Of a stretch of 64,000 nucleotides of DNA, positions 9,738 through 20,453 are shown piece after piece. This stretch comes from Candidatus Woesearchaeota archaeon (GTDB lineage: Archaea > Nanobdellota > Nanobdellia > Woesearchaeales > UBA9642). The stretch spans positions 52,387-116,386 of the forward strand of contig JAWANI010000001.1 in assembly GCA_038895475.1 (NCBI GenBank), given 5' to 3'. The position numbers and the translations under genes were made by a program. The notes under the pieces were generated by a model. That model had not been told where the DNA came from. It saw only the letters and a list, made by a program, of their open reading frames with translations, and searched no databases. Numbering within the stretch: position 1 is the first letter of the stretch; each line of letters starts with the position of its first letter.

Positions 9738-10394
9738 ATGGATAAAAAAGATTTTATGAATTTTATAAAAAAGATGAGAGAAAATTCTCCCAAGAGAAAT
9801 TTTGTTCAAGGGGTTGATCTTGTAGTTAATCTTCAAGACCTAGACTTTAAAAAGCCGGAACATCAAATAGATTTTTATATTGCACTGCCACATGGTACAG
9901 GTAAAAAGAAAAAAATAGCTGCATTTGTAGATGTTGACATGTATGATGAAGCAAAAGCAGTCTGTGATACGGTAATACCATTGGTGCAATTTGAAGAATA
10001 TGCAAAGGATAAGAAAAAAATAAAGAAATTGGCAAAAAACAACGATTATTTTATAGCACAATCAACATTAATGGCAAAGGTTGCAGCAACTTTTGGAAGA
10101 ATTCTGGGACCAAGAAATAAAATGCCAAACCCAAAAGCAGGATGCGTTGTGGCATCAAAATCAAACATAAAACCATTATATGAAAGATTGCAAAAAACAA
10201 TAAGAATATTGGCAAGGAATAAACCATTAATACAAGTTCAAATCGGCAGGGAAGACATGACTGATGAACAATTGTCAGAAAATCTTTTTTTTGTATATGA
10301 TCAAATAATACATCATCTTCCTAAGGAAAAAAACAATATAAAAAATGTTTTTGTTAAAACAACAATGGGAAGAGCAGTAAAGGTGGAGGTATAA
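9738..10394 (+). CDS. rpl1: 50S ribosomal protein L1
   Basis: KRNFVQGVDL, GRILGPRNKMP, VKTTMG. Confidence 0.97.
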   Translation: MDKKDFMNFIKKMRENSPKRNFVQGVDLVVNLQDLDFKKPEHQIDFYIALPHGTGKKKKIAAFVDVDMYDEAKAVCDTVIPLVQFEEYAKDKKKIKKLAKNNDYFIAQSTLMAKVAATFGRILGPRNKMPNPKAGCVVASKSNIKPLYERLQKTIRILARNKPLIQVQIGREDMTDEQLSENLFFVYDQIIHHLPKEKNNIKNVFVKTTMGRAVKVEV

Positions 10395-10396
10395 AA

Positions 10397-11266
10397 ATGA
10401 GCGAAAAATCCACCATAAGGAAAACAAAAAAAATACCCCAATCAAAGATAAAAGCAGTAGAAGATCTTAAAAAATTATTTAAGGAATATCCTATAATAGC
10501 TTTATTAAATATAGAGAATCTTCCTGCAAAACAATTACAAGTGATGAAGAATAAACTAAGAAAGGATGCAATAATAAGAATTGCAAAAAAAACAATAATA
10601 AAAGAAGCATTTAAAGAATCAGATAAAAAGAACATAGATAGATTAAATGATTATTTAGTCGGCATGCCCGCCTTGCTGTTAACAAAAGAAAATCCGTTTA
10701 AACTTTATAAAACTCTAAAGAAAAGCAAAAGTTCTGCACCAATAAAAGCAGGCCAGGTTGCTCCTAAAGATATAATAGTTCCTGCAGGACAAACACCTTT
10801 TGCCCCGGGACCAATAATAGGAGAGCTTGGAATGTTAAAAATAAAAGCAGGAATAGATGGCGGAAAGGTTGCAATAAAGGAAGATGCTTTAGTTGCAAAG
10901 AAAGGCGATATCATAAAACCGCAATTAGCATCTTTGCTATTAAGATTAGGAATAGAGCCTATGGAGATTGGTTTGGAATTAGTTGCAGTATATGAAAATG
11001 GCGACATATTAACTAAAGATGTTTTAGATGTTGATGAAGATACACTAATAAAGCAGATACAACAAGCTTCAGTTGAGGCAGATGCCTTGGCCATAGAAAT
11101 ATCTTACATAAGCAAAGACACAATAAGTATTTTAATACAAAAAGCATTTAAAGATTCAAGAACTTTAGCAATTGAAAGAGATATACTAGCAGATTTAGTT
11201 ATAGACCAATTATTAGCGAAGGCTGATGCTCAGGCAGAATCATTAAAGAGAACTGCTAATTTGTAA
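10397..11266 (+). CDS. rpl10: 50S ribosomal protein L10 (P0)
   Basis: PAGQTPFAPGPIIGEL, LLLRLGIEPMEIGL; operon position. Confidence 0.96.
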   Translation: MSEKSTIRKTKKIPQSKIKAVEDLKKLFKEYPIIALLNIENLPAKQLQVMKNKLRKDAIIRIAKKTIIKEAFKESDKKNIDRLNDYLVGMPALLLTKENPFKLYKTLKKSKSSAPIKAGQVAPKDIIVPAGQTPFAPGPIIGELGMLKIKAGIDGGKVAIKEDALVAKKGDIIKPQLASLLLRLGIEPMEIGLELVAVYENGDILTKDVLDVDEDTLIKQIQQASVEADALAIEISYISKDTISILIQKAFKDSRTLAIERDILADLVIDQLLAKADAQAESLKRTANL

Positions 11267-11314
11267 AATAGAAAAAAATATAATTATTAAAAATAATAAT
11301 TGTTGGAGGTAAAA

Positions 11315-11620
11315 ATGGAATATGTATATGCGGCAATGTTACTGCATAAAGCAGGTAAAAAAATAGATGAAGCATCTGTTAAGAAAGTATTGGAAGCGGC
11401 TGGAGTACATGTTGATGATGGCAGAGTAAAAGGATTAGTTGCAGCATTGGAAGGAGTGAATATAGATGAAGCAATAAAAAATGCAACAATTGTTGCTGCA
11501 CCAGTAGCAGCTGCACCAGCACACACAGAAACAAAAGCAGACCATAAAAAAGAAGAAAAGAAAGAAGATAAACAGGCAGAAGAACAATCAGCAGCAGGTT
11601 TAAGTGCTTTATTTGGTTAA
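11315..11620 (+). CDS. rpl12: 50S ribosomal protein L12 (P1)
   Basis: [11 protein letters not shown]...GLSALFG; start placed after GGAGGT SD. Confidence 0.97.
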   Translation: MEYVYAAMLLHKAGKKIDEASVKKVLEAAGVHVDDGRVKGLVAALEGVNIDEAIKNATIVAAPVAAAPAHTETKADHKKEEKKEDKQAEEQSAAGLSALFG

Positions 11621-11668
11621 TTTTTTATAATTTAATTTTTATGTTTTTATGTTTTGAGGGCAAAAAAT

Positions 11669-12553
11669 ATGTTGAGTGAATCTGAGATAAAAAATCTTAT
11701 TGCTGAACTGAATTCTTTAAAATCAGAAATAAAAGATTTAAGACAAAATCTGCATAATTTAGATTATAAGAAGGAAGAACTATTTAGGGAAAAAAAGAAA
11801 GTAAGCTCAGACATATTTTCAAGAATAAAAAATGCAAGAGAAAATAAAACTAAGAGGGATTCTTTAACAGGAGTGGTTAAGAATACCAAATTAACAAAAG
11901 AAGAAATGGAATCAGAAATAGAACGAATAGAAGAAGAGATAAAAAAGTTAAAAGAAGAGAAAAAAAGGTTAACAGAAAAATTGGGCGTAGATGATCCCTT
12001 AAAAATAAAAAGCAATATTAGAAAAATAGAATTTAAAATAGAGACTGAAGCATTAAGTTTTGAAAAAGAAAAAGAATTAATGAAAGTTCTTCAAAAATTA
12101 AAGAAGCAATATGATAGTTCTAAATCTATACTGCAATTGAACAAGAAACTGGATTTATTGTTTAGAGAATCTAAAGAATTAAAATCGCAGCTGGATATGA
12201 CAAAAAAAATTGTTCAGGCATCTGTAAGGGAAAGCCAAAAACATCATCATGAATTAATTGAGTCTACTAAAGAGATTGATGAATTAAGAAAGAAGGACTC
12301 AGAGTTAGAAGATAAAATATCTAAAATAAAAAATGAGATGCATAAAATAATCGAAGAATTAGATAAGAGGAATCTCAGGGTTTCTGAAATAAAAAAATTA
12401 TTGAATGAAAATAATGTTCAACTAAAAGAGGACTTTGAAAAAGCAAATCAGCAATTATTAAAGCATAAGGATGAAGAAGTTAAAGAAAAGCTTAAGTCAG
12501 GAAAAAAATTGACTACAGAAGATTTATTAATACTTCAGAGAACAATGAATTGA
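11669..12553 (+). CDS. Conserved archaeal coiled-coil protein
   Basis: Heptad-rich K/E sequence; ETEALSFEKEKEL and C-terminal KLKSGKKLTTEDLLILQ. Confidence 0.7.
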   Translation: MLSESEIKNLIAELNSLKSEIKDLRQNLHNLDYKKEELFREKKKVSSDIFSRIKNARENKTKRDSLTGVVKNTKLTKEEMESEIERIEEEIKKLKEEKKRLTEKLGVDDPLKIKSNIRKIEFKIETEALSFEKEKELMKVLQKLKKQYDSSKSILQLNKKLDLLFRESKELKSQLDMTKKIVQASVRESQKHHHELIESTKEIDELRKKDSELEDKISKIKNEMHKIIEELDKRNLRVSEIKKLLNENNVQLKEDFEKANQQLLKHKDEEVKEKLKSGKKLTTEDLLILQRTMN

Positions 12554-12619
12554 TTTCTTAAGAGTTAAAATTCGGATTTAAAGTTTAAATTTATAAACCT
12601 GTATGTTTTTCTCAGTGTC

Positions 12620-13375
12620 ATGACATTATATTTTATAGGAATAGGATTAAATGATGAAAAAGATATAACCTTAAAGGGTTTGGAAGCCATTAAGAAATGT
12701 GAATATGTTTACTTAGAAAATTATACATCAATTCTTCAAGTACCAATATCAAAATTAGAGGACTTGTACGGAAAAAAAGTGCTGCTTGCAGATAGAACAT
12801 TAGTAGAGAAAAACGCAGATATAATTATTAATAATGCAAAAGATAATGATGTGGCTTTTCTTGTTGTAGGAGATATTTTTGGTGCTACTACGCATACAGA
12901 TTTGATGCTGAGAGCGAAAAAAGACTCTGTAAAATGTGAATTCATACATAATGCATCAATACTTAATGCAGTAGGAATAACAGGTCTAGAATTATATAAA
13001 TTTGGCAAAATTACCAGCATACCTTTTACAGAAAAAGGCTTTAAACCAGAAACGTATTATGATGTTTTAAAAATGAATAAGGAAATGGGTTTGCATACTT
13101 TAATATTATTGGACTTAAGACCACAAGAGGGCAGATTTATTACAATTAATCTTGCCATAAAATATCTTCTTGAAATAAATGCCTCTCGAGGAGATGATGT
13201 TTTCAATGAGAATACCATGGTTGTTGGATGTGCAAGAATTGGTGGAGACTTCCATATAAAATATGGCAAAGCAAAGGATTTAATTAACTATGATTTTGGA
13301 AAGCCGCTGCATTGTATTATTGTTCCAGGCAAATTGCATTTCATGGAAGAAGAAGCATTAAAGCAGTGGGAATAA
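12620..13375 (+). CDS. dph5: Diphthine synthase
   Basis: LYFIGIGL, YLENYTS, GATTHTDL, GLELYKFG, HTLILLD, PLHCIIVPG. Confidence 0.95.
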   Translation: MTLYFIGIGLNDEKDITLKGLEAIKKCEYVYLENYTSILQVPISKLEDLYGKKVLLADRTLVEKNADIIINNAKDNDVAFLVVGDIFGATTHTDLMLRAKKDSVKCEFIHNASILNAVGITGLELYKFGKITSIPFTEKGFKPETYYDVLKMNKEMGLHTLILLDLRPQEGRFITINLAIKYLLEINASRGDDVFNENTMVVGCARIGGDFHIKYGKAKDLINYDFGKPLHCIIVPGKLHFMEEEALKQWE

Positions 13376-13473
13376 TTAACAAAGTATTTGTGTTCTTTAT
13401 TTTTTCTAAAAATGCTTCTATAATGTGATAAAGCATATATTTATATATTTGTTGTTATTTCTAAATATGTAGT

Positions 13474-13540
13474 GATTTTTACGTCTAGTATTACTTTCAG
13501 GTATTTATCTGTTAGCTGCTTCTCGTAAAATTCAAGGAGG
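13474..13540 (+). promoter_or_regulatory. Structured 5' leader of the CxxC-x17-CxxC gene
   Basis: TTTTACG/CGTAAAA basal stem, inner CAGGTA/TATCTG stem, followed by AAGGAGG SD. Confidence 0.45.
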
Positions 13541-13547
13541 AATAAAA

Positions 13548-13709
13548 ATGGAAAGAAATTTTAGGTCCGGTCAAAGATTTTTTGGACCAAGGGAAATGCA
13601 TAAAGCAACTTGTTCAGATTGCGGAAAGGAAACAGAAGTTCCTTTTAAGCCAACAGAGGGCAAGCCTGTTTATTGCAGGGAATGTTATCAAAAACATAAA
13701 AGGTTCTAA
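13548..13709 (+). CDS. CxxC-x17-CxxC zinc-ribbon protein (53 aa, not in ORF track)
   Basis: MERNFRSGQRFFGPREMHKATCSDCGKETEVPFKPTEGKPVYCRECYQKHKRF; strong SD. Confidence 0.92.
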   Translation: MERNFRSGQRFFGPREMHKATCSDCGKETEVPFKPTEGKPVYCRECYQKHKRF

Positions 13710-13848
13710 GTAAAAGGATTCTAAGTTATTATTTAAGAATCGTATTTTTAATATTTCTTTTTGTTATTTTTTTCATAAAATTTATATATAAGTTAATTTT
13801 ACATATACTTTGTTGATTTTAAATCAACAATAAGCACAGGTGTTTTTT

Positions 13849-14454
13849 ATGAAAAAGAAAGATACTTCAGAGGTACAAGAAGAAACACAAAAAAATACAA
13901 AAGAACCAAAAGAAAACAATCAAAAAATAACAGAAGAACAATACACTGAACTATTAGATACTCTAAAAAGATTACAAGCAGAATTTGAAAACTACAAAAA
14001 AAGACAGGAAAAAGAAACACTTCAGATAATAAAAAATGCAAATGCAGAATTAATAAAAAAAATATTGCCTGTGCTAGACAGTTTTGAATTAGCAATAAAA
14101 AACACAAATGGAAACACTGAAGAAATAATAAAATTCAAGAAAGGATTAGAAATGATATATGCACAGCTATTCAGTATATTAAAAGAGCAGGGATTGCGTA
14201 CAATAGAATCAGAAGGAAAAATATTTGACCCATATAAACATGAAGTATTAATGATAAAAGAGGACAATAATTTTGAAGATGACACAATCATAGAAGAACT
14301 TCAAAAAGGATATATGTTAAACGATATTGTATTACGACATACGAAAGTAATGATTGCAAAACACAATAAAGAAAGTATGGAGGGTAATAAAGATACTGAA
14401 AATAATTTTTTGAATGAAAAAAAGGAGATGAAAAATGAGCACCATAAAGAATGA
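13849..14454 (+). CDS. grpE: Nucleotide exchange factor GrpE
   Basis: RLQAEFENYKKR, LPVLDSFELA, FDPYKHE, QKGYML. Confidence 0.96.
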   Translation: MKKKDTSEVQEETQKNTKEPKENNQKITEEQYTELLDTLKRLQAEFENYKKRQEKETLQIIKNANAELIKKILPVLDSFELAIKNTNGNTEEIIKFKKGLEMIYAQLFSILKEQGLRTIESEGKIFDPYKHEVLMIKEDNNFEDDTIIEELQKGYMLNDIVLRHTKVMIAKHNKESMEGNKDTENNFLNEKKEMKNEHHKE

Positions 14455-14737
14455 TGAAAAACAAACTTACTATTTAACATCAGAATCAATATTAAAATAT
14501 TTTTTGAATAAATCAGAAACCCTAGACACATTAATTATGTGCAAAGCAAGTGAAATAAATATTACCACAACAGATTTTAATTTATATGAAGCATTAGGAA
14601 GTATAGAAGATAGGGATAATTTTAACATAAACAAACTTATAAAATTTTTAGAGGCAGTTCGCATAGAACCCGGTCCAAAGAGAATACTTACACATGAAAG
14701 AGTTGAAGAATTACGAAAATTAGCATTTGAATATTAA
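14435..14737 (+). CDS. Hypothetical protein, possibly a degenerate/truncated PIN-like fold
   Basis: Overlaps grpE end; YYLTSESILKYF and ITTTDFNLYEAL resemble PIN strand-helix units without the first Asp. Confidence 0.5.
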   Translation: MSTIKNDEKQTYYLTSESILKYFLNKSETLDTLIMCKASEINITTTDFNLYEALGSIEDRDNFNINKLIKFLEAVRIEPGPKRILTHERVEELRKLAFEY

Positions 14738-14799
14738 TTAAAATTTTAAAACAAAATTTAGAGCGAGATTTTTTAATTAAAAAAATTATGGAGGAAAAA

Positions 14800-15177
14800 A
14801 TGGCTGAAGAAGAACTAAATTCAATGAACAAGATTAATTTTATGGTAAATGATGGTGAATCATTTTTTTCAAATGAGATGTCAATAACTTTTGGTCCAGC
14901 ACAATTTGCCTTGGATTTCAAAAATATAAGCCCAAGAATAGATATGAGGAATCAGGACGGCTCAAAAACATTTGTAATGAAGCATAATGTAATATTAGTG
15001 GAACCATACCAAATTAAACAATTTGCAAAAGTCTTGAATGATGCAATATCAAGATATGAAATGGAATATGGAACAATAGACCTTCCGCAGGCAATAAGGA
15101 AAGCAGAACAAGAATTGCAGAAAGTAATTCAAAAGCAAGAAACAACAAGTCATGATGTTCCAAGTTATTTTGGCTGA
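14800..15177 (+). CDS. DUF3467-like protein
   Basis: FFSNEMSIT...FALDF...ILVEPYQIKQFAKVLNDAISRYEMEYGTI; GGAGG SD. Confidence 0.7.
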   Translation: MAEEELNSMNKINFMVNDGESFFSNEMSITFGPAQFALDFKNISPRIDMRNQDGSKTFVMKHNVILVEPYQIKQFAKVLNDAISRYEMEYGTIDLPQAIRKAEQELQKVIQKQETTSHDVPSYFG

Positions 15178-15256
15178 TTTGTTAATTTTATGTTTATAAT
15201 TTGTTTTAAAATATAACGTTAAAAAAGTGTATTGAAATCAAAATATGGAGGTTAAA

Positions 15257-17095
15257 ATGGCAAAAATCATAGGTATCGATTTAGGAACTTCAAATAGTGC
15301 AGCAGCAGTGCTTGAAGGTGGAAAACCAAAAATAATACCTTCTGCAGAGGGAATGACAATGTACGGAAAAGCATTCCCGAGTGTTGTTGCATTTACAAAG
15401 CAGGGAGAATTACTTGTTGGGGAACCCGCAAGGAGACAAGCAGTAAGCAATCCTGAAGGAACAATAATTGCTGCTAAAAGAAAAATGGGTACTAATCATA
15501 AGTATAAAATATATGGTAAAGAATATACTCCGCAGCAAATATCGGCATTTATACTTCAAAAAATAAAAAGGGATGCAGAAGCATTCTTAGGAGAAAAAAT
15601 AGAAAAAGCAGTAATAACTGTTCCTGCTTATTTTGATGATAATCAGAGACAGGCAACAAAAGATGCCGGAACAATAGCAGGCTTAGAAGTTGTAAGGATA
15701 ATAAATGAACCAACAGCAGCAGCATTAAGTTATGGTCTTGATAAAACACATGCACATAAAGTTTTAGTATTTGATTTAGGAGGAGGGACATTGGATGTAA
15801 CAATAATGGAATTTGAAGATGGTGTTTTTGAGGTAAAATCAACAAGCGGGGATACACAATTAGGTGGAACAGACATGGATAATGCATTAGTAGAATACTT
15901 AGTTAAGGAATTCAAAAAACAAGAAGGCGTAGATCTTACTAAAGATAAGGTGGCAATGCAAAGACTTGTTGAAGCTGCAGAAAAAGCCAAAATAGAATTA
16001 TCTACAGTATTAGATACAGAAATAAATCTACCATATATTACAGCAACACAGGAAGGTCCTAAGCATTTTAACATGAAATTAACCAGAGCAAAGCTGGAAC
16101 AAATAGTTGAACCCATAATAAAAAGATGTAAACATCCAATAGAACAAGCATTGAGTGATGCTAAAATTTCAGCAAAAGAAATAGAGAAAGTAATACTAGT
16201 TGGGGGACCCACAAGAATGCCCATAGTGCAGAAATTTGTAGAGGAGGTAACTGGAAAAAAAGTTGAAAGAGGGGTTGATCCAATGGAATGTGTTGCTTTA
16301 GGAGCAGCAATACAAGGAGGAGTTTTGGCAGGAGAAGTTAAAGATGTTTTGCTATTAGATGTTACCCCTTTAAGTCTTGGAATTGAAACATTAGGGGGAG
16401 TATTTACAAAATTGATAGAAAGAAATACAACCATACCCACAAAAAAATCTCAAATATTTTCAACAGCAACAGACAATCAAAGTGCAGTAACAATACATGT
16501 ACTGCAGGGTGAAAGGCCGATGGCTGCAGACAATAAAAGTTTAGGAAGATTTGATTTAATAGGAATACCTCCGGCACCAAGAGGTATACCCCAAATAGAA
16601 GTAACTTTTGATATAGATGCCAATGGCATAGTTCATGTAACAGCAAAAGATTTAGGGACAGGAAAAGAACAAAGCATAAGAATAACTGCTTCCCAAAAGC
16701 TTTCTGATGAAGAAATAGAGCGTATGAGAAAAGAAGCAGAATTACATGCAGAGGAAGATAAGAAAAAGAAAGAAGAAATAGAGTTATTAAATCAGGCCGA
16801 TGCATTGGTATACAGTTCAGAAAAACTTTTTGAGGAATTGAAAGGAAAAGTTGATGATTCCAAAATTGAAAGTGTAAAGAAAGAAGTTGATGAGTTAAAG
16901 AAATTAATAAATGAGAAGAATGTTAAGGAAATAAAATCAAAACTTGAGCATGTAAATAAAAAGATACAGGAATTAAGTATTGAATTGTATGAAAAAGCTT
17001 CAAAAGAATCTGCGAAGCAGGAAGATAAACATAAAGAAGAAGCCGATAATGTGTATGATGCAGAATATAAAGAAAAAGATGAAGACAAAAAATAG
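15257..17095 (+). CDS. dnaK: Chaperone DnaK (Hsp70)
   Basis: [50 protein letters not shown]. Confidence 0.99.
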   Translation: MAKIIGIDLGTSNSAAAVLEGGKPKIIPSAEGMTMYGKAFPSVVAFTKQGELLVGEPARRQAVSNPEGTIIAAKRKMGTNHKYKIYGKEYTPQQISAFILQKIKRDAEAFLGEKIEKAVITVPAYFDDNQRQATKDAGTIAGLEVVRIINEPTAAALSYGLDKTHAHKVLVFDLGGGTLDVTIMEFEDGVFEVKSTSGDTQLGGTDMDNALVEYLVKEFKKQEGVDLTKDKVAMQRLVEAAEKAKIELSTVLDTEINLPYITATQEGPKHFNMKLTRAKLEQIVEPIIKRCKHPIEQALSDAKISAKEIEKVILVGGPTRMPIVQKFVEEVTGKKVERGVDPMECVALGAAIQGGVLAGEVKDVLLLDVTPLSLGIETLGGVFTKLIERNTTIPTKKSQIFSTATDNQSAVTIHVLQGERPMAADNKSLGRFDLIGIPPAPRGIPQIEVTFDIDANGIVHVTAKDLGTGKEQSIRITASQKLSDEEIERMRKEAELHAEEDKKKKEEIELLNQADALVYSSEKLFEELKGKVDDSKIESVKKEVDELKKLINEKNVKEIKSKLEHVNKKIQELSIELYEKASKESAKQEDKHKEEADNVYDAEYKEKDEDKK

Positions 17096-17164
17096 TAATA
17101 TATTTATAAACCTTGATTTTATTGCTTATTTTTAAATTATTTTATGTTTGTTTGTTGGTGATTT

Positions 17165-18247
17165 ATGGCAGAAAAAGATTATTATAAGATATTGGGTGTA
17201 AACAGGAATGCTACAAAAGAAGAAATTAAATCTGCATATAAAAGATTAGCGAAGCAGTATCATCCTGATGTTAATAAAGATCCTGATGCTGCAGAAAAAT
17301 TTAAAGAAATAAATGAAGCTGCTTCTGTTTTGGGAGATGATGCAAAAAGAAAACAATATGATCAGTTCGGTGCTGATTTTGAAAGAAGATATCATCAAAA
17401 CTTTTCAAGAGAATTTTCTGATTTTGATTTTGAGGATATGGATTTCGGTGACTTATTTGAAATGTTTTTTGGCGGAGGATATTCTGGCAGATCCAGAAGA
17501 AGTCGTGGCAGGGATCTTAGATATGATTTGGAAATAACATTAGAAGAGGCGGCTTTTGGAACTAAAAAAGAAATATCAATACAGAAGCCTGAAACTTGTT
17601 CTGAATGTAATGGAAAAGGCGGTGATGATTTTGAAACTTGTTCTGAATGTAATGGCAAAGGTGTGAAGAGGATAACACAAAGAACTCCTTTCGGAATTTT
17701 TCAGTCTACAGTAACTTGTAAGAAGTGCGAAGGTAGGGGGGAAATAATAAGAAATATTTGTAAAGAGTGTGATGGTGAAGGAATAATTAATAAGAAGAAG
17801 AAGATTGAAATAAATATACCTGCTGGTGTTTATACTGGTTCACAATTAAGAATAAAAGGAGAAGGAGAGGCAGTAAAAAATGGTCAATCTGGAGACTTAT
17901 ACATAGTTATTTCTGTTGAACCACATAAATATTTTGAGCGGGAAGAAGATGATATTATATTGGAAGTCCCTATAACTATAACCCAAGCAATACTCGGCGA
18001 TGTTATCGAAATTCCAACACTTAATGGAAAAGTCGACTTAAAAATACCTAAGGGTACACAACCAGGAACTATTTTAAGATTAAAAGGCAAAGGCATAAAG
18101 CATCTTAATTATCCAGGTTCTGGTGATCAGCTTGTTAAGGTTAAAGTAATTATACCTGAAAAATTAACTAAGAAACAAGAAGAATTGATAAGAGAATTTG
18201 CTTCGATAGAAAAACCTAAGAATATTTTTGAGAAGTTATTTAAATAA
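17165..18247 (+). CDS. dnaJ: Chaperone DnaJ
   Basis: J-domain HPD, four CxxCxGxG repeats. Confidence 0.98.
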   Translation: MAEKDYYKILGVNRNATKEEIKSAYKRLAKQYHPDVNKDPDAAEKFKEINEAASVLGDDAKRKQYDQFGADFERRYHQNFSREFSDFDFEDMDFGDLFEMFFGGGYSGRSRRSRGRDLRYDLEITLEEAAFGTKKEISIQKPETCSECNGKGGDDFETCSECNGKGVKRITQRTPFGIFQSTVTCKKCEGRGEIIRNICKECDGEGIINKKKKIEINIPAGVYTGSQLRIKGEGEAVKNGQSGDLYIVISVEPHKYFEREEDDIILEVPITITQAILGDVIEIPTLNGKVDLKIPKGTQPGTILRLKGKGIKHLNYPGSGDQLVKVKVIIPEKLTKKQEELIREFASIEKPKNIFEKLFK

Positions 18248-18448
18248 AATATTATTGATATGTTATATCGTTGATATTTTTTATTTTTGATATTTTTATT
18301 ATTTATTAGTGAGTATAATAATGATATTTTTATATTCTATAAAGTTATTAAAAAACCACTCTAAAAAAAGTATTTTTCACTTTACAATAGAAAAATTTAA
18401 ATACTAAATGCATTTATTTTTATTATTAAAATGGTAGGGTGATTAAAT

Positions 18449-19672
18449 ATGAAATTTACAAGAGAGTTTAAATCTATAATTATTTATATGCTTGGTTTTT
18501 TTGCAATAGTTATGTTATTAACGGCTTGTCAGCCAAAGCAAAACACCATTCCAAATATAACTTTAGAAGGTGCGATGATAACAACTGAAAATATAACAAT
18601 TAATCAAACACCACAAACATCTGCTAATGCCTCAGAAGAATATTCAGATGTTAAATATGTTATAACAGGTACAGAAGGGGATTTAATAAAACTAGAATTA
18701 AAAGCAACTGATCCGGATGGAGATAAAATAACTTATACTTATGGAAGACCTTTTAATGATAATGGATTATGGCAAACAAAAGATGGTGATGCAGGCAAAT
18801 ATTTAATAAAAGTAACTGCTTCAGATGGTAAATCAGAAGCTTCAACAGATGTTCTTGTAGTAATAAAACCCAGCAATAAACCACCAATAATAGATTGTAT
18901 AGATGATATAAGAGTAAAAGAAGGCGAAACAGTAGAATTAAAATGCAACTTCTTTGATAAAGAAAATGATCCGTTAGTAGTAGAATACTCTGGATGGATG
19001 ACATCAACGACATATACTACAAACTATGAATCTGCCGGAAAACACAAAGTTTTTGTTAAAGTATCAGATGGTATCCATAATGTTTCAAAAACAATAAATA
19101 TTATTGTAGATAATGTTAACAGAGCGCCCATATTTAATGAAAAATTAAAAGATATAACTGTTGTTGAAACAGACATAGTAACTTTAAAACCAAAAGTATC
19201 CGACCCAGATGGTGATGAATTAAAAATAACATATTCAGAACCATTCAATAGCAATGGAGTGTGGAAAACAAAAATAGGCGATGCAGGAACTTATCCTGTG
19301 TCTGTAGTTGTTTCAGACGGTTCATTAACTACAAAAGAAACATTTACATTAACAGTAAAGATGCTAAACACTGCACCAGTCATGAAAACAATACCAAATA
19401 TAACAGTTGAAGAAGGAGAAACAGTAATAATCAAACCAGATGTTGCTGACAGAGAAGGAGATGTTATTATTATAAAATATTCCGGATGGATGAAAGAATC
19501 AACATATACTACAACATATGATGACGCATATCCGAAAGGTTGTGACAAACCAGGATGTTCAGCAACATATAAAGTAATAGTTAATGTATCAGATGGACAA
19601 TATAGTGTTGTACAAGATGTATATGTTACAGTAAAAGATAAGAACAGGCCACCACAATTCGTATGGCCTTAA
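18449..19672 (+). CDS. Surface lipoprotein with tandem Ig/cadherin-like repeats
   Basis: Lipobox LTAC; repeated DPDGD...Y, VSDG and N(R/K/T)xP linkers. Confidence 0.75.
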   Translation: MKFTREFKSIIIYMLGFFAIVMLLTACQPKQNTIPNITLEGAMITTENITINQTPQTSANASEEYSDVKYVITGTEGDLIKLELKATDPDGDKITYTYGRPFNDNGLWQTKDGDAGKYLIKVTASDGKSEASTDVLVVIKPSNKPPIIDCIDDIRVKEGETVELKCNFFDKENDPLVVEYSGWMTSTTYTTNYESAGKHKVFVKVSDGIHNVSKTINIIVDNVNRAPIFNEKLKDITVVETDIVTLKPKVSDPDGDELKITYSEPFNSNGVWKTKIGDAGTYPVSVVVSDGSLTTKETFTLTVKMLNTAPVMKTIPNITVEEGETVIIKPDVADREGDVIIIKYSGWMKESTYTTTYDDAYPKGCDKPGCSATYKVIVNVSDGQYSVVQDVYVTVKDKNRPPQFVWP

Positions 19673-19768
19673 TTTTTCATATTTTTTATTATTCCTTTTT
19701 TTTTATAAAATTCTAAAATAAAAGTTTAATCAGTTAAATTTAAATAAAATCTAGGAGTTATTTCTTTT

Positions 19769-20362
19769 ATGGGAAAGGCAGAAGAATTAGATGATATTAA
19801 AAACAGAATATTAAGTGAATTGATTTGTCCATTAAAAGATAATGCCAAAAATCTTGTATTTGGCAAAGGCAATCCAGATGCAAAAATAATGTTTATAGGT
19901 GAAGCCCCAGGAGAAAAAGAGGACGAACTTGGAATGCCGTTTGTTGGGGCTGCAGGAAAAGAACTTGATAAATTATTAAGATCAATAAATCTCACATTGG
20001 AAGATGTTTATATTGCAAATATTTTAAAGTATAGGCCCCCAAATAATAGAGATCCTACAAAAGAGGAAATAAAGAGGCATACACCATACTTGATAGAACA
20101 GATAAAAATAATAAAACCAAAAATAATATGCACATTAGGGAATTATGCTACAAAATTTGTTTTAGCATCATTTGATATATCTAAAATGAACAAAATTGAG
20201 GGTATATCAAAAATTCATGGGAAAGTTCGTGAAATTCAGATAGAGGAAAGAGTTATAAAAGTAATTCCTTTATATCATCCTGCAGCCATGCTTTATAATC
20301 CGGTTTTAAGAAATATTTTAGCTCAGGATTTTTTAGAGATAAGCAAGATACTTTCTTCTTAA
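19769..20362 (+). CDS. udg: Uracil-DNA glycosylase, family 4-like
   Basis: [25 protein letters not shown]. Confidence 0.92.
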   Translation: MGKAEELDDIKNRILSELICPLKDNAKNLVFGKGNPDAKIMFIGEAPGEKEDELGMPFVGAAGKELDKLLRSINLTLEDVYIANILKYRPPNNRDPTKEEIKRHTPYLIEQIKIIKPKIICTLGNYATKFVLASFDISKMNKIEGISKIHGKVREIQIEERVIKVIPLYHPAAMLYNPVLRNILAQDFLEISKILSS

Positions 20363-20453
20363 CAATATATGTGTTGAGATGATTAATAATTATTTATAAA
20401 TTTCTACATAATGACAACAAACCTTTAAATAACCATAGAGTATATTTTTATTT

